Origin: Alistipes sp.
GTDB taxonomy: Bacteria > Bacteroidota > Bacteroidia > Bacteroidales > Rikenellaceae
DNA: 64,000 nt
Reading direction: 5' to 3'
Assembly (NCBI GenBank): GCA_045659425.1
Contig: JAZOWW010000021.1
Location: forward strand, 8,638-72,637
The translations under genes and the position numbers were made by a program. Shown here one piece after another: positions 40,533 to 47,012 of the stretch (the stretch's first letter is position 1; each line of letters begins with the position of its first letter). The notes beneath the pieces were generated by a model. The model worked only from the letters and a program-made list of their open reading frames with translations. It was not told where the DNA came from and did no database searches.

Positions 40533-40606
40533 CGCGGGATGGAGCAGTTGGCAGCTCGTCGGGCTCATAACCCGAAGGTCGTGTGGTTCGAGTCCCACTC
40601 CCGCTA
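40533..40606 (+). tRNA. tRNA-Met (CAU), initiator-like; attachment site of the prophage
   Basis: CGCGGGATGGAGCAGTTGGCAGCTCGTCGGGCTCATAACCCGAAGGTCGTGTGGTTCGAGTCCCACTCCCGCTA. It has three G-C pairs closing the anticodon stem and an unpaired 1:72 position (C/U). The T-stem needs a one-nucleotide bulge. Confidence 0.8.
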
Positions 40607-40734
40607 CTAAAAGACCGTAATCATACTGAAAATCAGTTGATTGCGGTCTTTCCCGTAAAAACGACGGGACAAAAAGGGGACAACCCTATATTTTCAGGAA
40701 TATACATTTTTGCTTCGGCGAAAATGTAAAAAAA

Positions 40735-41916
40735 ATGTTGCCTGTAAAAAACGCGCGTAACTCTACGCTAAATGCAATTCTCTCGTTTACTTATCCGAGA
40801 TTACATACTGGAGCGTGTTGGTATATCTCTTTCAACGCATACGACCCAGCTCTGGGTATAATGCGCCGAAAGCGTATCAAGATAAACTCCGTAGGGACTG
40901 ACAAGGAAAAGAAACGCTATGCTGCACAGCTCTGCCATCGTCTATCGATGAAGCTCGAGGGAGGTTGGAATCCGTGGGTGGAGGCTGAAGCGGAACGCAC
41001 ATACAAACTCTTTGCTGATGCTCTTCAGCATTATCGCAACTATGTAACTAAACTCCTGAATGATGGTGTACATCGTATGTCCACCCATCACGATTGTATC
41101 TGTTTCGCTCGAATACTCGAGGATTGGAATAGCAATCAGAAGGTGCCTATCCGTTACATATATCAATTCGATAGAGAGTTTTGTGTTCGATTTCTGGACT
41201 ACATATATATAGATAGGCAAAGTTCCCCACGAACTCGTAACAATTATCTGGCGTGGCTCCGCACCTTCAGCTCTTTCCTGGTGCAGCACCTGTACTTGAA
41301 GGAGAAACCAACAGATGGACTCGAGAGTATAGGTAAAGCTCTTCTTATTAAAGAGCGTAAGGTTATCGCTCCTGCAGATATGCAGCGTCTGCACGATTGG
41401 TTGGTTGAGAACAATAAGAACTATCTGCTTGTATGTTATTTCTTGCATTATATGCTTATTCGTCCTCGAGAGATGGCGAAACTTCGTTTAAGCGATATAT
41501 GTGTGGCGAAGCAGACAATTTTTGTTTCAGATATCGTATCTAAAAATAAAAAGTCGGCTACGGTTACAATGCCTGCGAAGATCATTCAACTGATGCTGGA
41601 ACTCGGTTATTTCAACTATCCAAACGATTACTACATTTTCTCGCACGGGTTCAAACCAGGTCCAGATTGGGTGAACGAAAAAACTTATCGAGATTTTTGG
41701 AGTCGAAAAGTACGACCTGCTTTGAAGTTCCCGAAGGAGTACAAATTTTATTCGCTCAAAGATACGGGTATTACCTCGATGCTCCGAGCTGGCTATGATG
41801 CTCTGTCTGTTAAGGAACAGGCTCGACACTCGTCGTTGCTGATGACCGATGTTTATACTCCGCAAGATATACGAGATGCCAACCCTCTATTGTTAAACTA
41901 CAACGGCATATTATAG
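40735..41916 (+). CDS. int: Tyrosine-type site-specific integrase
   Basis: C-terminal catalytic region with LIRPREM (Arg), FYSLKDTG and ARHSSLLMTDVY (His-x-x-Arg-like region plus Tyr). Position next to a tRNA. Confidence 0.85.
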   Translation: MLPVKNARNSTLNAILSFTYPRLHTGACWYISFNAYDPALGIMRRKRIKINSVGTDKEKKRYAAQLCHRLSMKLEGGWNPWVEAEAERTYKLFADALQHYRNYVTKLLNDGVHRMSTHHDCICFARILEDWNSNQKVPIRYIYQFDREFCVRFLDYIYIDRQSSPRTRNNYLAWLRTFSSFLVQHLYLKEKPTDGLESIGKALLIKERKVIAPADMQRLHDWLVENNKNYLLVCYFLHYMLIRPREMAKLRLSDICVAKQTIFVSDIVSKNKKSATVTMPAKIIQLMLELGYFNYPNDYYIFSHGFKPGPDWVNEKTYRDFWSRKVRPALKFPKEYKFYSLKDTGITSMLRAGYDALSVKEQARHSSLLMTDVYTPQDIRDANPLLLNYNGIL

Positions 41917-42032
41917 GTACATGGGAAGATTGAGAGCTCCTCCAATTCTTTCCAAAGTATTGAGGATTGGAAAGAATTTTGCAATAGTAGTAAAAAAAGT
42001 ATGATTTTATTTGTAAATCGTAGTATTTTTAC

Positions 42033-42040
42033 TATCTTTG
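42033..42040 (+). promoter_or_regulatory. -7 promoter box (TATCTTTG) upstream of hicA
   Basis: TAnnTTTG match 29 nt upstream of the ATG at 42069. Confidence 0.5.
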
Positions 42041-42068
42041 CAGTGTCAAACAATAACAAATAGTAGAA

Positions 42069-42263
42069 ATGAAACGATACAAAGTACGAGAAATCATCAA
42101 GTTGTTAGAAGCCGATGGGTGGTATCTACACAACACGGTTGGAGATCATCGCCAATTCAAGAACCTGAATAAATCGGGAAAAGTTACCGTAAGAGGTAAA
42201 TTAAGCGATGTTTTAGACCAGTTTTTGTTAAATAGCATTTGGAAACAAGCAGGGTGGAAATAA
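42069..42263 (+). CDS. hicA: Type II toxin HicA (mRNA interferase)
   Basis: 64 aa. MKRYKVREIIKLLEADGWYLHNTVGDHRQFKN...GKVTVRGK is the YcfA/HicA pattern. Confidence 0.85.
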   Translation: MKRYKVREIIKLLEADGWYLHNTVGDHRQFKNLNKSGKVTVRGKLSDVLDQFLLNSIWKQAGWK

Positions 42264-42292
42264 CACCACCCTGCATAAAAAAGTAAAAAGAT

Positions 42293-42697
42293 ATGGCAAA
42301 GGTTAAAATCAATGTTGATTGGGATGACAACTATGGCGCAGCACCTGCCAATGAGGATATTGCTTGTGTTGTTACGGGTAAAACTCTTGACGAGGTAAAG
42401 GCTAATATGGCAGAGTCTTTGCGCTTACACCTCGACTGGATGCGTGACGAGGGAGATACTATCCCTGCTGAATTTCAAGGTGAATATGAGTTGGATTTTG
42501 AGTTGTCGGGCAGAGCTCTCATTCATTGTGCAGAGTCTTTGGTATCTCGTTCTGCTCTATCAAAGGCTTCAGGAATAAATGAGCGCCAGCTGGGTCATTA
42601 TTCTACTGGAGTGAGCGTTCCTCGCCCTCGCCAAATGGAAAGAATGCGACAGGGAATTAGAACGATTGTCGCACAGTTATCATTACTCTCTTTGTAG
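42293..42697 (+). CDS. hicB: Type II antitoxin HicB with C-terminal HTH
   Basis: Directly downstream of hicA. N-terminal HicB fold pattern (NYGAAPANEDIACVVTGKTLDEVKANMAESLRLHLD) and a C-terminal HTH-like SRSALSKASGINERQLGHYSTG. Confidence 0.8.
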   Translation: MAKVKINVDWDDNYGAAPANEDIACVVTGKTLDEVKANMAESLRLHLDWMRDEGDTIPAEFQGEYELDFELSGRALIHCAESLVSRSALSKASGINERQLGHYSTGVSVPRPRQMERMRQGIRTIVAQLSLLSL

Positions 42698-42730
42698 TTA
42701 TTGTTTGACAGCTTTTTCTTCAAAGAGTGC

Positions 42731-42754
42731 GCCCCGACGGTCATCCGTCGGGGC
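42731..42754. terminator. Bidirectional terminator between hicB and the lysis block
   Basis: GCCCCGACGG-TCAT-CCGTCGGGGC, followed by TTTATTATT. Confidence 0.75.
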
Positions 42755-42758
42755 TTTA

Positions 42759-43397
42759 TTATTCCATTAACTCAATATATTGGATATCATTAACTCTGGT
42801 GTGAGGATTTGCACTCACCACATCGTAACGGACAATCTTGCCTTTACGCTTAAATAGGCATTTCTTTGGCTTACGATATGCTACTATGGTCAAACTATCG
42901 ACAACCTTAATATCGACATCTATGGTGTCCTCTTTTACTACTCCGTCAAGTGTAACCCACTCATCAGTAAAATGGAATGCTCGCTCAAAAATTATAGGTT
43001 TTGATGGTGTGGTAATACTGTCTATCTTTATGGGTTCCTCGATTATGGGTGCGGTTACTTCAATTTTTGTTTCCGTGCTAATATGAGCCATACTTTCGAG
43101 GTCGGACACCTTCAACCGTAGATTTTTAATTTCTCGTTCATACTGCGGCATAAGATTTTCCAACTCCGCTTTACGCAGAGATAGGGCGTTGATAGATGCT
43201 ACCAACTGCCCGTTCTCTGCGGTGTAATACTCGACATCAGCCAACAGCGATGTTTGATTACTCTCCAAGCGGTCAATTTCCTCTCGTTTCTCGCTGTTTT
43301 GATGCGAGAGTAGTGCGATGATACCGATTGAGATTACAAGGGCTACAATGAGCCAAAACTGCACCGATTTGAGCAGTCGTAAAATTAGTGTTTTCAT
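42759..43397 (-). CDS. Membrane-anchored coiled-coil protein of the lysis block (spanin-like role possible)
   Basis: N-terminal TM segment (FWLIVALVISIGIIALL) followed by a coiled coil. The ORF overlaps the amidase stop by 4 nt. No family recognised with certainty. Confidence 0.4.
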   Translation of the reverse strand: MKTLILRLLKSVQFWLIVALVISIGIIALLSHQNSEKREEIDRLESNQTSLLADVEYYTAENGQLVASINALSLRKAELENLMPQYEREIKNLRLKVSDLESMAHISTETKIEVTAPIIEEPIKIDSITTPSKPIIFERAFHFTDEWVTLDGVVKEDTIDVDIKVVDSLTIVAYRKPKKCLFKRKGKIVRYDVVSANPHTRVNDIQYIELME

Positions 43398-44017
43398 TTG
43401 TTTTGATGTTTTTGGTTATACAATTCTATACATTTCTTTATGGATTCGAAGTACCATTCTGCAATTTGCTCTCTGCCCTCCTCGCTCATCAGGATACGAC
43501 AATCTGGCTCATAATCGAAGAAGTAACTCTCTATGAGTACAGCAGGGCACAATGTTTTGCGGAGCATATAAAAAGCCTCTTCCTTGTCGTGGTCGCCATC
43601 GCTCATATCGCAACGCTTTCGAGCATCTGGGCAATCCTCCAAAGATTGCTCATAGAAAATCTCCGCATACTCATCAGACTCCGTTACACCCTTACTCGTG
43701 TAAACCTCTATACCCGAGGCATTGTGATTTTTGCTTGCGTTGGAGTGTACGGAGAGGAGCAAGCAATTATTTCTACCGTACTTATGACACAATGCGTTCA
43801 CTCTGTTGACTCTCGTAGCAAGTGGCACATCAAACTCCTCGGGAGTGATAATGTGGTACGGAATGCCCTCTCGGTCAAGTTTAAGAGCCACTCTGCGCAC
43901 CGTATCTCTGTTGCACTCATATTCGAGGAGTTGAGAGCCATCAGCCCACTCTGGGCTATGCTTACCTGGGGTGTTATTTCCGTGTCCATTGTCGAGAAGT
44001 ATTTGTAATATGCTCAT
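43394..44017 (-). CDS. N-acetylmuramoyl-L-alanine amidase (phage endolysin)
   Basis: ILLDNGHGNNTPGK...LLSVHSNAS...GIEVYT...PAVLIESYF matches the zinc-amidase (Amidase_3-like) pattern. Confidence 0.8.
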   Translation of the reverse strand: MSILQILLDNGHGNNTPGKHSPEWADGSQLLEYECNRDTVRRVALKLDREGIPYHIITPEEFDVPLATRVNRVNALCHKYGRNNCLLLSVHSNASKNHNASGIEVYTSKGVTESDEYAEIFYEQSLEDCPDARKRCDMSDGDHDKEEAFYMLRKTLCPAVLIESYFFDYEPDCRILMSEEGREQIAEWYFESIKKCIELYNQKHQNK

Positions 44018-44020
44018 AAT

Positions 44021-44647
44021 TTATTGAATAGGAGGTAATATGTATTGGATTTGTTCTGCAACTGCCTCGAGTCGTCCCCTTGCATAGTCAGGTGATGTTT
44101 CTGTTATATGATTGAACTCGCAAAAAATGTTGCCCACCCAACCATCATCCTCTGTCGCAAGTTTCCGTATGATAGCGGACATCGAACCAGCATTGAGTAG
44201 TAATGCCCTTGCTCTTTTGTCACGAACATTGTTCGCAACATCTTTATAGTATAAGAAATCTCTTGACGATAATTCAGAAGAGAACTTTGCAACATCTTCC
44301 ATCGGGAGGTTTTGGATGCGAGATTTCATCCCTGATGCACCTGTCCTATCGACCTCCAGTGAGATAGATAAATACTCTCTATGTGTCAAAGGGTGTGGCT
44401 GTACGACATATACACGATCAGCTTTAAGGTCGTGTAGCAACTGCCACAAAAGTCCGTAGATTTGAGATACATATTGATTGCGCCGTTTACTCTGCTCCTG
44501 CAGCTCTGCCTCTTTTTTTTGGAGTTCCAACTTGATACGAGCCTCTTGGCGTGGCTGGTCGTGCTTCCACCACGCAATCAATATTACGCCTATCGCTGTG
44601 ATGATTGGCGAAATGTAGGGTGCAAATTCTTTTAATACCTGTTCCAT
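44021..44647 (-). CDS. Hypothetical membrane-anchored protein (TM, coiled coil, globular domain)
   Basis: N-terminal TM segment (ISPIITAIGVILIAWW), a Lys/Glu/Gln-rich helix, then about 130 aa with a globular look. Unknown family. Confidence 0.4.
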   Translation of the reverse strand: MEQVLKEFAPYISPIITAIGVILIAWWKHDQPRQEARIKLELQKKEAELQEQSKRRNQYVSQIYGLLWQLLHDLKADRVYVVQPHPLTHREYLSISLEVDRTGASGMKSRIQNLPMEDVAKFSSELSSRDFLYYKDVANNVRDKRARALLLNAGSMSAIIRKLATEDDGWVGNIFCEFNHITETSPDYARGRLEAVAEQIQYILPPIQ

Positions 44648-44650
44648 AGT

Positions 44651-44687
44651 GCAAAAGTAGCCGTCGATTGACGGCTACAAAAGGACA
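44651..44687 (-). promoter_or_regulatory. Hairpin module A (terminator shape and TTTG-N18-TAnnTTTG promoter geometry) between RT and the next ORF
   Basis: The minus strand reads TGTCCTTTTGTAGCCGTCAATCGACGGCTACTTTTGC. It has a 9-bp stem and shares its flanks with module B at 61324-61359. Confidence 0.5.
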
Positions 44688-44688
44688 C

Positions 44689-46110
44689 CTATTGGAACAT
44701 TTCAGGCGTTAAAAATTCTGCATAAGATTTACTCTTTACTATTCGCTTTGCTCGGTTCTTAGGCTTGTAACGGTTGCGTATGACAACTTTTGTACAGCAC
44801 GCTGTAATGTAAATATACTTGAACCATATCGGGGATATCATCTTTGCTGTTTTCATTCTACGACTATAACTGTTTGTGTGGACCATCATTCCCCAATAGC
44901 TATTGATGGATGCTGCAAATTTGTCCACAAACTTTTCGGCATCTCCGTTTTCTGCTATCTGATTGTAGTGATGTATTGTGTCGTAGAAATGTCCCAAAAT
45001 GCGATTGGATATGTATTTTCTTCCAGGTTTCAATATCCTGCCAACAAACTTAATCCCCTTTGAATAATGAGTGATATGACACTTCTTTGGATGCAGCTGC
45101 ACTCGGAGCTGTTCTTTCAAAAACTCGTCAATCTCCCCCTGCAACCCCCTCAAAGATTCCAGATTGTTGCTAACAATCTTCCCATCATCCATAAACCGCA
45201 CATACTTCTCAAACTTTTTAATCTTTACGATAAAATAGTCGAGAGGGGTAAGATAAAAGTTGGCTTCATCTTGTGATGAAAGGTTGCCCGGGGCGATACC
45301 TATGTTCGGATCATTGTAGCGTAAACTTTTGCTCGGAGGCAGACCCTCCCACGCTGATAATGGGGACATACGACGACAATTCTTCTGTGGACAATGGAAC
45401 GCAGTAATACGAGCGAGCCATAATACGAGGTCAATATCTTCTCCCTCATATTTGTCGCGAATAAATTGCTCCATCATCTCCCAGAGGATAGATTTGTCGA
45501 TACTCATAAAATAGCTGTGAATATCGAACGAGAGCACCCAACAATCCCTCGTATAGGCATTGCTTTCCTCGTATATCATACGCTCTAATTCATTGGCTGC
45601 AGAGTCTGGTCCTTCGCCTTTGCGACAATTCTTTGATACATTGCCGCATTCGTGGTACCAGGCTTCATAAAGGGGATTTAGGCGCATTTTCAAGAAATGA
45701 TGCACAATGCGATCTCTAAAAGCAGAGGCTATTATTTCTCGCTTAACTGGTCTATCGACTATAAAACAATAACTCTGCGCTGGCTGGTAGGTGCCATCGC
45801 AGAGTTCTCGATGAAGTTGCACGAGTTCTTCCTCTGCGTTCATCGAAAATTCGATACACTGACCTTTTGACTTCTTGTGTTTGATGCAATCAGCATACGC
45901 TTTCAGCACCTCCACAAACGGAATGTCATAGACTCTCTCTCCAATTGCTGCAACGGGCACGACATAGTTTGCATTGTTACGGTTGTTGTTGTTGGCGTTA
46001 CCACTGTTGAAGTTGATGTTCCAGGAGGCTGTCGCCACTGTCTTGGTCTTAACCGACTGCTCGCCGGTGGGCGACCCAATCGAAAAGTCGAGTTTCTCTC
46101 CCATAACCAT
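44689..46110 (-). CDS. DGR reverse transcriptase (ORF as drawn includes the TR in its 5' part)
   Basis: N-terminal DGR-RT pattern (LKAYADCIKHKKSK...LHRELCDGTYQPAQSYCFIV..PVKREIIASAFRDRIVHHFL). DGR-specific I/LGxxxSQ motif (APGNLSSQ). Catalytic RFMDDG. Adjacent avd-like gene and TR/VR pair. Confidence 0.9.
   Translation of the reverse strand: MVMGEKLDFSIGSPTGEQSVKTKTVATASWNINFNSGNANNNNRNNANYVVPVAAIGERVYDIPFVEVLKAYADCIKHKKSKGQCIEFSMNAEEELVQLHRELCDGTYQPAQSYCFIVDRPVKREIIASAFRDRIVHHFLKMRLNPLYEAWYHECGNVSKNCRKGEGPDSAANELERMIYEESNAYTRDCWVLSFDIHSYFMSIDKSILWEMMEQFIRDKYEGEDIDLVLWLARITAFHCPQKNCRRMSPLSAWEGLPPSKSLRYNDPNIGIAPGNLSSQDEANFYLTPLDYFIVKIKKFEKYVRFMDDGKIVSNNLESLRGLQGEIDEFLKEQLRVQLHPKKCHITHYSKGIKFVGRILKPGRKYISNRILGHFYDTIHHYNQIAENGDAEKFVDKFAASINSYWGMMVHTNSYSRRMKTAKMISPIWFKYIYITACCTKVVIRNRYKPKNRAKRIVKSKSYAEFLTPEMFQ
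45944..46026 (-). repeat. DGR template repeat (TR), 83 nt
   Basis: On the coding strand it reads TCCTGGAACATCAACTTCAACAGTGGTAACGCCAACAACAACAACCGTAACAATGCAAACTATGTCGTGCCCGTTGCAGCAAT. It is AAC-rich and matches the VR at 76 of 83 positions. Confidence 0.85.
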
Positions 46111-46118
46111 CGTAACGA

Positions 46119-46511
46119 TTATGGCTCTGGATTTAAGGTCTTCTTAACGCTCTCTGGCAGTGCTGCCAGCGTAGCATTTTTCCAACCAGTTGCTTGACGA
46201 CCGATGTTCTCCAGTAGTAAGATAACATTGGCATTATCGTCAATACTGATTATACGCCTGTCTTTACATATCCGAAGAAGTAATTTCAGCGTACCGAATT
46301 TTACAATGAACTGTTGAAGAAGTTTGAATCGCTCCAAACCTCGTGTCATATTTGCTGATTGTATTAACTCGCAGCAAGCAACTCCCGTCATAAAGAGTTC
46401 ATTGCCGAAGTCGTATTTATACATCTTTGGAAAGTGTACACGCAACTCCTCGATTGTCATCAGCAACGAGTACATATCGCGGTACACATCTAACTTTTGT
46501 GCAACTGCCAT
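46119..46511 (-). CDS. avd: Avd-like accessory variability determinant (four-helix-bundle protein)
   Basis: 130 aa. The pattern L.VY...L...I...FPK..KY.FG..L......I..AN...R....L..F......L..LL.I..D...IS is typical of the four-helix-bundle / 23S-IVS family. Located immediately upstream of TR-RT. Confidence 0.75.
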   Translation of the reverse strand: MAVAQKLDVYRDMYSLLMTIEELRVHFPKMYKYDFGNELFMTGVACCELIQSANMTRGLERFKLLQQFIVKFGTLKLLLRICKDRRIISIDDNANVILLLENIGRQATGWKNATLAALPESVKKTLNPEP

Positions 46512-46528
46512 TGTTTAGGATTTTGCCA

Positions 46529-46536
46529 CAAAGGTA
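46529..46536 (-). promoter_or_regulatory. -7 promoter box (TACCTTTG) upstream of avd
   Basis: TAnnTTTG on the minus strand, 17 nt before the avd ATG at 46511. It sits in the loop of an imperfect inverted repeat (AGGAATTTTTGC / GCAAAATCCT). Confidence 0.5.
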
Positions 46537-46552
46537 GCAAAAATTCCTAAAC

Positions 46553-46939
46553 TCACTCAATCCATTGTCGTTCTTTGGCATAGGCGACTGCTTTAGCAGC
46601 CACCTCTTTAGCCATTGAACGCCAGTCTTGCAGAGCTTGGTATTCTGCTGAATACTCTATGCGTTTTGTTTCTGAAGCGCACTCCTTGTTCAGATAATTA
46701 AGGCTGATAGCCGTAACATCGTCATTAGAGTACCTCTGCGATATAATTGCAGAGATTATTGACCCATAGGAAAACTCTCGTCCGATTTCGACAGAGAATA
46801 TTTTATAAACCTCGACCCCGAGGTCATTCACAAACTTTTCTTCGCCCCACGATATTGTATATTTGCGGCGAAGCCTGCTCTCTGACATTTGAACTAACGG
46901 AGGGCGCACCTCGAAAGTTTGAAAATTTTGAACTTCCAT
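46553..46939 (-). CDS. Hypothetical protein between DGR target and avd
   Basis: 128-aa ORF in the same orientation, tightly packed. No recognisable motif. Confidence 0.4.
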   Translation of the reverse strand: MEVQNFQTFEVRPPLVQMSESRLRRKYTISWGEEKFVNDLGVEVYKIFSVEIGREFSYGSIISAIISQRYSNDDVTAISLNYLNKECASETKRIEYSAEYQALQDWRSMAKEVAAKAVAYAKERQWIE

Positions 46940-46958
46940 TTTTCCAAAAAAAATTTCG

Positions 46959-46973
46959 ACTCCCTTCGGGAGT
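46959..46973 (-). terminator. GC hairpin downstream of the VR (terminator-like; candidate DGR target-site hairpin)
   Basis: The minus strand reads ACTCCC-GAA-GGGAGT, followed by CGAAATTTTTTTT. It lies 33 nt after the target stop codon. Confidence 0.5.
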
Positions 46974-46980
46974 ATTAAGA

Positions 46981-47012
46981 GTTAAAGTGTTAAATTGTTA
47001 AAGAGTTAAACC
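46981..47012. repeat. Four phased GTTAAA repeats (8-bp period) overlapping the target-gene stop codon
   Basis: gttaaagt gttaaatt gttaaaga gttaaacc, at an exact 8-nt spacing. Confidence 0.8.

Noticed and set aside
44689-46110. Reverse transcriptase as a retron, group II intron or Abi-type defence RT.
   Set aside because: The Avd-like gene, the TR/VR pair with A-only mismatches and the GxxxSQ motif identify it as a DGR RT. No intron RNA domains or msr/msd-like repeats flank it.
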